Shown here: positions 25,400 through 37,117 of the stretch, piece after piece | Layout: each line of letters starts with the position of its first letter | How positions within the stretch are numbered: the first letter of the stretch is position 1 | Assembly (NCBI RefSeq): GCF_018350175.1 | Contig: NC_058368.1 | Coordinates: forward strand, 66,342,001-66,406,000 | Source of the DNA: Felis catus | Taxonomy: Eukaryota | Length of the DNA stretch: 64,000 nucleotides | Direction of reading: 5' to 3' | Made by a program: the position numbers and the translations under genes | Notes under the pieces: model-generated | Told to the model about the DNA's origin: nothing | Databases searched by the model: none | The model's input: only the letters and a program-made list of their open reading frames with translations

Positions 25400-25631
25400 G
25401 GGGCGCCTGGGTGGCGCAGTCGGTTGAGCGTCCGACTTCAGCCAGGTCACGATCTCGCGGTCCGTGAGTTCAAGCCCCACGTCGGGCTCTGGGCTGATGG
25501 CTCAGAGCCTGGAGCCTGTTTCCGATTCTGTGTCTCCCTCTCTCTCTGCCCCTTCCCCGTTCATGCTCTGTCTCTCTCTGTCCCAAAAATAAATAAACGT
25601 TGAAAAAAAATATATATATATAAAAAAAAAA
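25400..25631 (+). mobile_element. CAN-SINE, young SINEC_Fc
   Basis: Near-consensus sequence; perfect 17-bp TSD agaaaattcctctggca (25382-25398, 25632-25648). Confidence 0.98.
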
Positions 25632-27565
25632 AGAAAATTCCTCTGGCAGAATGTTGGAAGGGACAAGGACGTGGACTGGGGGGAGGCTCATTCGTTGTAA
25701 AGGTTGTTTGTTTGTGGCTCAAAGAAGAGACTCAGAAGGGCTGCTGGGGCCTAAGACACAATCAGGAGGGTGGAGAGGGATCCAGACAGAGCAAAGAATG
25801 AGATAAGTAAGTATACAAGAGGAGTCAAAGATGAGTGAAGTTTGCTGCTAAGAACGTCACACACTTACAACAAGGGGAGAGACAGCAGAGGGACAGTGCA
25901 TTGATAGGAGGGCCAGGTAGTATCAGCAGTGAGGTTCTGAGGGAAGGAGAGAGGGCAGAGAAGAAATGGTTTTCCCATCAAGAGGGGGAAGAAGATGGGA
26001 ACTGAGTGGAAGGACAGGATTTGATGGCCCGGAGACCTCCAGGCAAGTTAACCAGCCTCGGGTCTTCTTTCATGAACTCTCTGGTCTCAAGCGAGGATTT
26101 TGCCTACTCCCTTGATAGGCTGAGGGTCTGATTCTAAGCCTCAGAATCTCTGGGAGTGAATTTCTCATCCAGTGTTGGCCTGACACCCCACATGTCAACC
26201 TAGGTCAGGATTACTCATTCACTGCTGAGCATGCAGCATGCTTGTTAGCTGTGCCACTGCAGACAACATAGCAACCGAGAAAAAACACATCCCCCAATTT
26301 CCAAAGAATTAGAAAAGAAAATAAAAGTCCAAAGGAAGGTCATAGAGCTGAAGTCAAGATCATTGCCCACCTACAGTTATGTTTCTGCAAATAAAAGACC
26401 GAAATTCTAGAGGTATCACACAACTGTTGGACCTTTGAGAGGTTTTCTTTCTTTAGAAAGCTATAAAATTACATTCATCATGAACACCTCCAAAGGCATG
26501 TATACATTGTGATCTATACATGTGCCTGCATCACATATATGTGCAAACACGTAGATCACTGTGTAGATAGAACCAAAGAATAGTTCTGTGCAAATGGAAG
26601 ACTTTTTGCAGTGCCACTGTACTCACAATGTACCACTGTGTAAGATTTATCTCTTAAGGTTCAATTATAAATATTAACAGTTTGATAGATGGAGAGGAAG
26701 AAAGCCCTGGTTTCTTTTGGTTCACAATGAAAACTGTGAAAAGGATTACCAGGTGTGCAAATATTTGCGATAAAGGATTTTAATGCACGCCCCTTGCTGA
26801 CATAACTAAATACTACTTAAAGAAATGTCTCTGGCCTCATTATTCATGGACATTTTTGGAAAACAATGGGGAAAAGTGCAACACTGATGTATCTTCCTTT
26901 ATGACCTCTTGCTTTTTAGGTATCCTTTGTAAAATAAGGGAGGAAATCCTTTCCAAAGGCACAGGGTACCATTATTTAATGACTAAATAAAATAATAGCT
27001 AATAGCTTATATTTATTGAATGTTTACTGTCTCCCAGACTCTCCTGTACTAACAGGTTCTGTAATTATCCCCTCTGTGCACATGAGAAAACTCATCGGAA
27101 GTGTTGTTCTCAACTCAGGCTAGCGGTAGTTTCCTTTGCCCTCTTCACTTGCTCCCAAATGTTGCTCTTAACGCTGTGTTAAAGGTTGTTACCATGCTAA
27201 AAGGTATCTCATCAAGATGAATCTTAAGCTCTTATTGGATTCGGTCTGCTGTCAAACAAAATGGCAGGAGGCCTTTTGAAAATTCAAGGGAAAATATCTT
27301 TTATAATTTGAGTAGACCTTAGAGCAATTTGAAAGATGAGGAAGGGTTACAATGACATAGGATTCCCCTGAATGAGGTTTCAGTTCATAGACCTACAGTA
27401 AAGAATGGTATTAATAATGCATCAGGACTGACCCTGGAAATGGTTTTATGCACCACATTATAAAACGGAGTTGAAGGTAAATAGCAATTATCTAATGTAG
27501 AAAATATCTGGGAATTAGTAACAAGACACTGATCATTTGGGGGAAGTTAAAGTGGTAATATAAAA

Positions 27566-27725
27566 CAGGGTTTCTCAAAGTAGGGTTCCCAGATCACCTG
27601 CATCCAAATCACTTCAGTTCTGTTAAAATGCAGATCATGGCCCCATCACAGACTTTCTGCATCAAAATACGCCTTTTCCAATAAACACCCAGTGCTCATT
27701 CTCATTTAAATCTGAGAGATACTTC
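27566..27725. mobile_element. MER5A-like MITE, degenerate
   Basis: cagggtttctcaaagtagggttccc...tgttaaaatgcagatcatggcccc. Confidence 0.55.
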
Positions 27726-27813
27726 CCTAAAATATGAACTAGCACCTTGAGAAACTTATTTGTTTCATCCCCGTAGATGAAAATACACTCTTTTTTTGTT
27801 ATTTCATATAAGA

Positions 27814-28273
27814 CATGTGGATTGAATTGTGTCCCCCAGAAAGATAGACTGAGTTCCTAACCCCCACTACCTGTGAATGAGGTCTTACTTGGAACTAAGG
27901 TCTTTAAACCAAGTGAGGATGAAGTCACCATGGAGTAGGGTGGGCCCTAAATCCAGTATAACTAGTGACCTTGTACGACGAGAACTTGAACCGACAAACG
28001 TAGGAGAGCTGCACACAGAGGGGGAGGCCATGCGAAGACAGGCAGAGGTTGGTGCCGTGTCACTGTAAGCCAAGGGGTGCAAATGATTCCTGGCAAGTAC
28101 CAGAAGCTAGGAAAGAGGCACGAAGCAGGGCCTCGCTCTGAACTTCTGGAAGGAGCCAACCCTGTCCATACCTTGATTTTGAGACTTCCGGCCTCCAGAC
28201 TGTGAGAGAATAGGTATCGTGTCGTAAGTCATCCAGTCATGGTACTTGGCCAGCAGCCCTAGGAAACTGTACA
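27814..28273 (+). mobile_element. MaLR solo LTR (MLT1C-like)
   Basis: ggattgaattgtgtccccc start, gggtgggccctaaatcca, ccagaagctaggaaagaggc, cagcagccctaggaaactgtaca end. Confidence 0.88.
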
Positions 28274-30182
28274 GGCCCCAAGCTAGGAACTGGGGGGTGA
28301 GGAATCCCTTCTTCACCTCCACCTTCAAGGCCCCTTGTGCCCTCCCCTCCTGGGTCAGCACCTCAGTCAGGGGCCATTTCTGCTGCCCTTGACTTCCTCC
28401 TGCTTCCTCCTCCCGAATTTCCTTTAAGGCTGTTCTCATTCCGGGACAGTCAACTCCGCCTTGAATACCTGGAAGAGGATGGTCCCTGGGTTTGGAGTCA
28501 GTTTTGCCTGCCACTCTCTGATCAGAGACTTGAGGGATTTCATAACTCACTGGATGGCCAATGTCACCCTGAAGTATGAAGTTTTTAAAAATGAAACTTG
28601 AAAACATGTCTGAGAATCCCATGCTCTGCCAGAACTGATTAAAAGTGGGAAAGGCAGAGAATAAAGTAACACAGAAGTGATCCTTGTCATTTTCGCCAGA
28701 TTACATTTCCTCTGTGGAGCGACTGACACATCTGTCACTCTGGGACCATCCGCTTATAGGGCAGGCCTAGTGAAGGTCATTTTGGTTTTTATTGATTCTA
28801 TGGCTCTGGCAATACTCATAAGGATTTACAGTATTTAACCCACCAGGAGGAGCCGTGAACTATAAATGGCTTCCCGTTTACCCGGAGAGCCTGCCGTGTT
28901 ATAAGTGACACCATCTATGTGGTCCCCTTCACAACTCTCTCTAATGAAAGCCTGCGGCCTCTGCCTCGGCACAAAGGAGCGTGGCCCCGCGCTTCACGGA
29001 GCTGATCCCTGCTCGGGCTCCGGATCCTCACAGGCTTGTTCAGCTTCCTAAGTAGAGTAATCAGACACAGGGAGATATGAAAAACCGAATTAAGAGACCC
29101 TTGCCATTCATTTGATCTGTCAGCATCCCCCATGACCAAAACTGGGAGTAAGAAAATGGAAGTTGAAGACCATGAAATAGGGAAAATAGAACATTAAGAA
29201 TAGGATTTGGTGACTTGCGAAGTGTTCTCACATGTGTTACAAGACGCTCGGGACAGAACAGTGGATCTTTATCTGTGGAAAAGTAAGTGAAGGAATGAAA
29301 TGAATGGAGAGGATTAGTTTTTACATGAAACATGACACCGTTGTTATTTTGACTGAGAACGTTTCATCCTTGGAATGGAATTGAGGAAGGTTGAAATACG
29401 TGGCTAGTGTTCGTTGATGGTGTTCTCACACGCCCACATGAACGCACTACCAAAACCGAGCCTGAGGCCAAAGCAAAGAAATCCACAGCTATCCATCCTG
29501 TCTTCATTTAGAATTTTGATATTTTATTCATCACAGAATATTGTGCTTTCATTTTTAAAATATTGTATTACAATATTTTTTCTTTGCACTACTGAAATTT
29601 TAACTGCACCCCCCTCCCCTTAAATTTTGCACCTGCAGCAAGGGCCTTATTGCTTTGCCCTAGGCCCCAGCTCAGTGAGAACCTGTAGAAGGTTTTAAAA
29701 TGTTTTGTTAAGAGGAGCGTGTGCAGGTCCAGGTGTTCACTCACACTGGCGTTAAAGGAAGAGTCCCGCAGAGCAAGGGGAGCGGTCTTTTGGACGAGCC
29801 TCAGTGAAGCAGGAATCTCTAGGAGGCTGTCTTCGCGTCGCAAGGGGAATGATTTTCAACCCACAGACTTCCCTTGTCCCGGCATCTTTGACTTTAAAGA
29901 GGTTGAGTGCGGTTCTTAATTCTGGTTTGCCAATTGGTCCACACAAAATCATCCAAAGACTTCATGGTTCTCATAGTTACACTCGCCGTGACTATTGATC
30001 ACGGCCCTAAAATCAGTCAGGCTGTGTCTGCAGGGAGTGTCAGAGCGCTAACTAGATGTCTTCCCAGGAATATTGGGGCCCCACTTATACAGAACCATTA
30101 TTTCGTGTTTGGTCACTTACGTTCCCTAGAACCTTACTCAACCCTCTCTTTGTCTATATGTCCTGAACCTTACTTAACCCTT

Positions 30183-30186
<4 letters not shown>

Positions 30187-30231
<45 letters not shown>
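30187..30231. repeat. (TA)n microsatellite
   Basis: Direct reading. Confidence 0.95.
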
Positions 30232-30234
<3 letters not shown>

Positions 30235-30297
30235 CTGATTCTAGGATGCAAACATTCCTTCATAAGGATAGGAATTCTGCTTACGAAAAGCATTCCA

Positions 30298-30463
30298 GGG
30301 GTGCCTGGGTGGCTCAGTTGGTTGAGCTGCCAACTTTGGCTCAGGTCATGATCTCACGGTTTGTGGGTTCAAGCCCCGTGGGATCCTTTGTCCCCCTCTC
30401 TCTCTGTCCCACCCCAGCTCATGTTCTCTCTCTCTCTCTTTCAAAAATAAAAAAAGAAAGGAA
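30298..30463 (+). mobile_element. CAN-SINE, internally deleted
   Basis: ggggtgcctgggtggctcagttggttgagc head; TSD gaaaagcattcca (30285-30297, 30464-30476). Confidence 0.93.
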
Positions 30464-30720
30464 GAAAAGCATTCCATATAGTGGAAGCACATGGTACGTA
30501 TTCAGTATATTCTGAATTTATAAATGAGTTCACTGTACATTCCTCTGCTTTAGTTTTCTCTTTTGTTGAACTAAATTTGTTCTCATTTTGTCCTAAACTC
30601 TCAGAACATTCCAAGGAATTTCCTTTTTTGGAAAAATGTAGGCTCCTAGCAGTCAAGCCGGGCTGGATGTGAAGTTAAAGTATTCTTAAATTAGCACTGG
30701 TATTATTACATTTATAAAGA

Positions 30721-30792
30721 AAATATGTTAACTGGTCTATATTTATAGAATCTCAAAAACATATTAACTGGTCTATACTTACAGAATCTTAA
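30721..30792. repeat. Diverged 36-bp tandem duplication
   Basis: aaatatgttaactggtctatatttatagaatctcaa / aaacatattaactggtctatacttacagaatcttaa. Confidence 0.85.
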
Positions 30793-31421
30793 ATGTTTGA
30801 AGTAGATGATAGAAGTCACTGTATTTCTCAATTTAGAATCTGTTACTGAAAAGCACTTAGTAAAATTATTCAATCTGTCATCCTTTCATGTCTAAGAAAA
30901 CACCCTCAGGTCAATCTTTTTCATCCTTCTTAGGCTGACACCAAGTAATAAGATTCTTTTTTCTAATAGTATCTACTACAGGGCTGTGCTCCCTACTTTA
31001 AGAAAGCTGATATCAAGAAATCTGATTTTTCTGAGGGGAAAAAAGTCATACTTGCTTCGCAAAAGAATTTTATTTAAATAGCAAGCTCCCTCTGAGTACC
31101 TAAAATAGGATTCAGTTTACCAAAACATGACTGGTGCATAGAAAAGAACGTCCTGTTCACCTACTTTTATTTAGGGCTCCTCGGTTTCTGCCCTTTGAGA
31201 GAACATGCCCACTGCAAATTTACTGTCCTTATCTAAAAGGCAGATGATGCCATCTACTTGTTTAATGAGACACACCTGTCTCTCATTATGTTTGCTATGT
31301 GTTTAGACCGATCCAGCCCTGGGGCTCAAGAGGGTCCTCTAAGAAAGGTCTTGAGACCGTCAACCTGTCAAAACTGCACACGACAAGTGGTTGATATTAT
31401 TATTATTTTGCTGGCGGGCTC

Positions 31422-31925
31422 TGCGTCAGTGTCCAAGGGCTGCCAGAACAAACTAGACAAACTGGGTGGCTTCAAACAACATAAGTCTGTGGTCTTACAG
31501 TTCTGGAGGCTAGAAGTCTGAAATGGAGGCATTGGCAGACCCATGCTACCTATGAATGCTCCAGGGGAGAATCTGTTCCCGGTCTTTCTCTTAGCTTCTA
31601 GGGCTGCCTGCAAGCCTTGGCATTCCTTGGTTTATAGGTGCATCACTTCAATCTCTGCCTCCACCATCTTCCTGCGTGTCTGAATGATGCTCGCTTTCTC
31701 CTCCCTGTTTGTCTCTCTTCCCCTCTTTCTTCTGAGGACACCAGTCATACTGGATTAAGAGCCCTCCCTACCACAGTGTAACTCAATCTTACCTAATTAC
31801 ATCTGCAAAGACCCTATTTCCAAACAAGGCCACGTGCCTCAGCATGTCCTGATCCAGGGATTAGGACATCAAGCCTATGGTTTTTGTTGTTGCTGTTTTG
31901 TTTTGTTTTTGTGGGATGGTACATT
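31422..31925 (-). mobile_element. MaLR LTR (MLT1C-like)
   Basis: agggctgccagaacaaactagacaaactgggtggcttcaaacaac...cagttctggaggctagaagtc...acatctgcaaagaccctatttccaaa. Confidence 0.88.
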
Positions 31926-31936
31926 ATGCTTTAAAA

Positions 31937-33072
31937 TTTTTTTTTTTATTGAAGTACAGTTCACACACAGTATTACATTAGTTTCAGATGTACAACATAG
32001 TGATTCCACAAATCTATATGTTATGCTGTGCTCACCACAAGTGTGGCCATCATCTGTCACCACACTACACTATCACAATACCATTGAGTACATTCCCTAT
32101 GCTGTACCTTTCATCCCCATGACTTATTCATTCCGTAACTGGAAGCCTGTACCCCCCACCCGCCTTTACCCAATTTTCCCATTCCCCCCATCCCTTTGTC
32201 CTCTGCCAACCATCAGGTTGTTCTCTATATTTATGACTCTTTTTCTGCTTTGTTGTTTGTTTGTGTCATTGCTCATCTGTTTTAGTTTTTAGGTTCCGCA
32301 TGTAAGTGAAATCATATGGTGTTTGTCTTTCTCTATCTGGCTTATTCCAGGTAGCATAATACCTTCTGTGTCCATTCGTGTTGCTGCAAATGGCAGGATC
32401 TTGTCCTTTTCCGTGGCTGAGTAATATTCCATTATATGTATTTATCCATTCATCTATCAATAGACACTTGGGTTGCTTCTGTATCTTGGCTATTGTAGAT
32501 AACGCTGCAATAAACATAGCCGCCCATATATCTTTTTGAATTAGTGTTTTCATTTTCTTTGGGTAAATACTCAGTAATGGAATTATTGGATCATATGGTA
32601 GTTCTCTTCTTAACTTTTTGAGAATATCCATACCGTTTTCCACAGTGGCTACACCAATTCACATTCCCACCCACAGTGCACGAGGCTTTCTTTTTCTCCA
32701 CATTCTTGCTAACACTTGTTATTTCATGTCTTTTTGACTAACCATTCTGACACGTGTAAGGTAATACCTCACTGTGGTTTTGATTTGCATTTCCATGAAG
32801 ATTGGTAATGGTTTCATGTGTCTATTAGCCCTGTATATGTCTTCTTTGGAAAAATGTCTATTTAGGTCCTCTGCCCATTGCTGAATCAGATTACTTGTTT
32901 TCTGGTGTTGAGTTGTATGAGTTCCTTATATATTTTGGATATTAACCCTTATCAGATATATCATTTGCAAATATCTTCTCCCATTCCACAGGTTGCCTTT
33001 TCATTTTGTTAATGATTTCCTTCACTATGCAAAAGCTTTGTATTTTGGTGTAGTCCCAGTTGTTTATTTTTG
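31937..33072 (-). mobile_element. Carnivore L1 (L1_Carn-like), 5'-truncated: ORF2 C-terminus, 3'UTR and poly-A
   Basis: Poly-T then attgaagtacagttcacacac 3' end; ORF 32266-32643 (LKKLRRELPYDPIIPLLSIYPK...MFIAALSTIAKIQKQPKC) is L1 ORF2. Confidence 0.93.
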
Positions 33073-34766
33073 CTCAACCTATGTTTTTCTTGACCACAAG
33101 TCTGGCCACAGTGGACCCTGTTGTGCCCATTCATGTGAAAGAGTGCTAGGCTTTACTCTTATCACACATTCCGTGTTGCACTGGCTTTGTGCTGTACTAC
33201 TCAACACGGATAGATGTTCTGAAGCGTCGCTTCTAACAAGGGTAATGCAATACAGACATCAACTTTTGGTGTGAGAGGTGGGACACAGGTGGAGAAGGAG
33301 GTATAGATTCGAAGGTGTCAAGGAGGGAGGAGGAGGCTAAGGATGGAAACACACATAAGGTGACCCTGCCTAGTAAGAAGGAAACAGGGAGCATCCACTA
33401 TAAGGGAAAGCCCTGTAAATTTTAAGTGCCCTACACTTGGATCCAGTGTATTTTTTCTCACGTCAGCCTCTTTACCCACAGAGGTGAAGAGAAAGAAGCA
33501 TGATCAGTGCGATCTTCCTTTTTTCCTCTTGAATACCTGGTTTGTTTACATTTCATTTTATTCATTGTAGGTGAGCTGAGAGAACTAGGGGCTGCTGTTG
33601 TATCTGAGCACTTCAGAAGGGCCGTTAGAAGAGTTCCTACACCCTGCCTCTGAGCCTCTGTGTGGATCTCAGCCTCTCCTTCTCGTCCCATACCCATAAT
33701 GGCCTTGTGGGAGTCCTACTGTTTTTTGATTGGGAATAAATTAAGTGATAAAGACCAAAGCCTCTTAAACTGTATGCAGGAGAGATCAAAATGAAACAAC
33801 GGTCCTGAAAGCTCCCCTGGGTTTCAAATATAACTTCTCAGTAGTATGTGCTTTGATGGAGTATGACATTCTTGACAGAGAGATTTGTGGTCAGCATAAT
33901 TTGCTTTCAGAAGTTATCCAGCTAAACATCATGGCTAATAATTCCATACTAAAGTAGGAAATTAAATTTTCCTTTGAGGTAACAACCAATCCACTAATAT
34001 TTTTTTAAATCACCTATAGACACAAATTGACTTGACATAATTTAATAAAAATTTTAAAAGTAGTTTAGGAATATGAATTAGGTGATTGGAAAGTAAGATT
34101 GTGGCCACATTGCCATTGTCTTTACTCCATGATTTATTCAGAAGTTATGAAAAAGCACTTTGGTATCAAACTTCCATGAAGATACTTGGATGGGGGCTGC
34201 ATATCAAACTAAATAAAATAAAGTAAAACGTAAAACTTCATTGGAAATATATATATACTCTACTACTTTTATATTGTAGTCTGATCAAGCTACCTTCTTG
34301 GGTAATAGCTATAATTGAGATGGTTTGGGGAAGATCTAAAGAGGCCCATTAAATCAGTTCAGTTGTTCACCAAGGAGGGAGGGGACCTGGCTTATGAGAG
34401 GCGGACGGTGTTATGAAAAGCATGCACACATCACCCATCGCCCCTTCCCTGCCTCAGATGGTGTAGGGCAGCCATTATCCAGTGTTAGCCGTTGGCGAGT
34501 ACCGTGGAGGCCATTACCCAATCATGAACCACAGTGTCGTGTTAGTTTTCCTAATTTATAACATCCTCTGCCTCACTAGTTGGTTGATGGGTCTTCTGTG
34601 GCCTAGAAGGCCCTCAGGACCTTTCTACACCTCTACCAGTATGATCTTGCCAAAGGAGCGCACACGGTGGCATTGGCCCTTCTCCCAGTCAGCTGTTCCT
34701 ATTAACCTCCCCTGCATAACACACTCCATGACACAAATCCTCCATTATGAATAACGTGATCTAAAC

Positions 34767-34922
34767 CAGTGCTCCTCCAACTTCACAGTTTTTCCAAATC
34801 ATCTAGCGATCTAGGGAGTGTGTTAAAAAGAAGTCCAGGAAGCTGGGGTGGGGCCAAGATTTTGCATTTCTAATGGGCTGCCAGGTGATCCCTATGCTGC
34901 CAGTTCCCTTTAGTAGCAAGGA
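34767..34922. mobile_element. MER5A-like MITE
   Basis: ccagtgctcctccaact...ggggtggggccaagattttgcatttctaa...ccaggtgat...tagtagcaagg. Confidence 0.6.
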
Positions 34923-35417
34923 TCTAGGAAATGTCCCATGTATCCCTGCCCCCCTAGCTTTATTCATATTCTTCTCTCAACCTGAAATTTCCTCCCTTTC
35001 TTTCTTCCTACAATCTATACATCCATCCTTCAAAACTTTGTTTTAGTACCTATTTCTTGACATGATCTAGGATGGGACTTAAAATCACTAACACTTCTGC
35101 CTCAGAACCCCTGTAGCACACAGGGTCTGGACCACCTGTTTGGCACACAGCCTGTGCTAATTTCATCTGTAGCTGCTTTCTCCTATGCATATCCAAAATC
35201 CCTGTTTACATGCTTAACCCCTTAAAAACAGTCTCCACATGTCTACTACTGGCTTTTACACTACAGTTCTATAATTCCATCTGCCTGCTGTGTTATTGGA
35301 ACTCCATATTCAACATGGCAAAAACCAAACTCCCTACCTCCCCCACTCTGAAAACCTGATCAACCAACTGTCTCTCAAAACCTGACCTCAACCGAGAGAT
35401 CAAAACCAATCTCTTCC

Positions 35418-35634
35418 GGGGCGCCTGGGTGGCGCAGTCGGTTAAGCGTCCAACTTCAGCCAGGTCACGATCTCGCGGTCCCTGAGTTCCAGCCCCGCGT
35501 CAGGCTCAGGGCTGATGGCTCAGAGCCTGGAGCCTGTTTCGGATTCCGTGTCTCCCTCTCTCTCTGCCCCTCTCCCGTTCATGCTCTGTCTCTCTCTGTC
35601 CCAAAAATAAATAAACGTTGAAAAAAAAATTTAA
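35418..35634 (+). mobile_element. CAN-SINE, young SINEC_Fc
   Basis: Near-consensus sequence; perfect 16-bp TSD aaaaccaatctcttcc (35402-35417, 35635-35650). Confidence 0.98.
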
Positions 35635-35667
35635 AAAACCAATCTCTTCCTTCTCAGAGAGTTGCGC

Positions 35668-35792
35668 TTATTTATTTAACAGATACTTATTCATTCAACA
35701 AGGATTTGTGCCTACTGTGAGCCAGGCACTAGAAATATGGTGGTAAATGGAGCAGACACAGGTCCTCCTGATGCTTGTCTGAAGCTCCACAG
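35668..35792 (-). mobile_element. L2 3' end fragment
   Basis: attcattcaacaa...gtgcctactgtgagccaggcact, antisense L2 tail. Confidence 0.6.
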
Positions 35793-35836
35793 AACCTTGG
35801 AGAGCCTCAGTTACCCACAATTTAAAAAGGCTGCAT

Positions 35837-36040
35837 TGGGCACCTGGGTGGCTCAGCCAGTTGAGCATCCCACTTCGGCTCAGGTCATGATCTCGCGGTC
35901 CATGAGCTTGAGCCCCACGTCCCCCACATCGGGCTCTCTGCTGTGAGCATAAAGCCCATTTCGGATCCTCTGTTCCCCTCTCTCTGTGCCCCCTCCCCGA
36001 CTCACACTCTCTCTGTCTCTCAAAAATAAATAAACATTGT
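35837..36040 (+). mobile_element. CAN-SINE, older feliform subfamily
   Basis: gggcacctgggtggctcagccagttgagc head, ttcggatcctctg body; TSD aaaaggctgc. Confidence 0.93.
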
Positions 36041-36949
36041 AAAAGGCTGCCTTCCTGGAGACTCAGTCACCCAGGGTAGAAACTACAGAATCATCCTTGT
36101 TTTTGCCTGACTCACCACCCACGTTCATCCAATTTATTATAAGTTTCTCTCTGCTCTACCACTGAAATGTATCTCACATGTGAGTACTCCTCACCCTTCT
36201 GTGATTCTTGCCACTGCCCTAGAAACATTATCCTTTCTGGCCCTGACGATGGCACTTGTCTGCTACCCCTCTCTGACCTTCCTTGGTTCTAGCATCTTCG
36301 TCCCCACTTCACACCAACCCTGGATTTGTCATTGTCCTGAAATATCCATCCTATCGTGGCACTTCTGAACTCATAAAGATAGGTGAATCCACAATGCCTA
36401 TGAAATTAAAGCATTACGTTGACAATGCCTATAATCCAGCCTCCAGTAGCCTTTGCTCAGCCTAGAGGCTGCTTGCTTAATTCTCCTACGGTCAAAATAC
36501 GCTTCTTCAAATTTTTGCTCCAAGGCCACCTTCCAAGAAAACTTCCTCCCTCACAAGTAATCCTTTCTATGGCACTTAGTTTGTACTTGTGTCACACACT
36601 GTTTGTCACACAGTCTTGGATATCTGTCTGTCTTCACCTCCAGTAGATTTAAGACTATCTTTATCTAGCTTACTTAGTGCCTAGTAAAATTCCCTGATAA
36701 CCCCAAGACAAGAAGTCTCTCAACAATTCGAGTTTGTTGACTGGAGTGTTGGAATTGGGACTCTTTTGTGTCCCTGGTGTCAAACACTAAGCCCTACTCT
36801 TGGAAGGTACAGAAGGGGGGAGAAAAGGTTAAAGTATCAGCATCTTTGAAATATGCAGTAAACTTTGCACCTTCTTATCACCTGATGATTGAGTCTCGTT
36901 TGTGTACCTGCCAGTAGAAGTCTTCTCCTTCAGAGCCTGTTGCTGGAGG

Positions 36950-37117
36950 AGTATTTGTCCATCTTGGCCACATACTAGAATCACTTGGTCAGTTTAGGAA
37001 AATCTCCATGCTCAGGCTGCACCCCAGGTAAACTAATTTCATCACAGTCTCTGTGGTCCAGACCCAGACATCAAAAATTTTTAAACTCCCCAGATGATTC
37101 TGATATGAGAACCACTG
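36950..37117. mobile_element. MER5B-like MITE
   Basis: cttggccacatactagaatcacttgg...ctccccagatgattctgatatgagaaccactg. Confidence 0.7.

Noticed and set aside
29907..30515. Longest ORF in the track (202 aa)
   Set aside because: Reads through a (TA)n microsatellite and a SINE, starts at a non-ATG codon, and resembles no protein I recognise.
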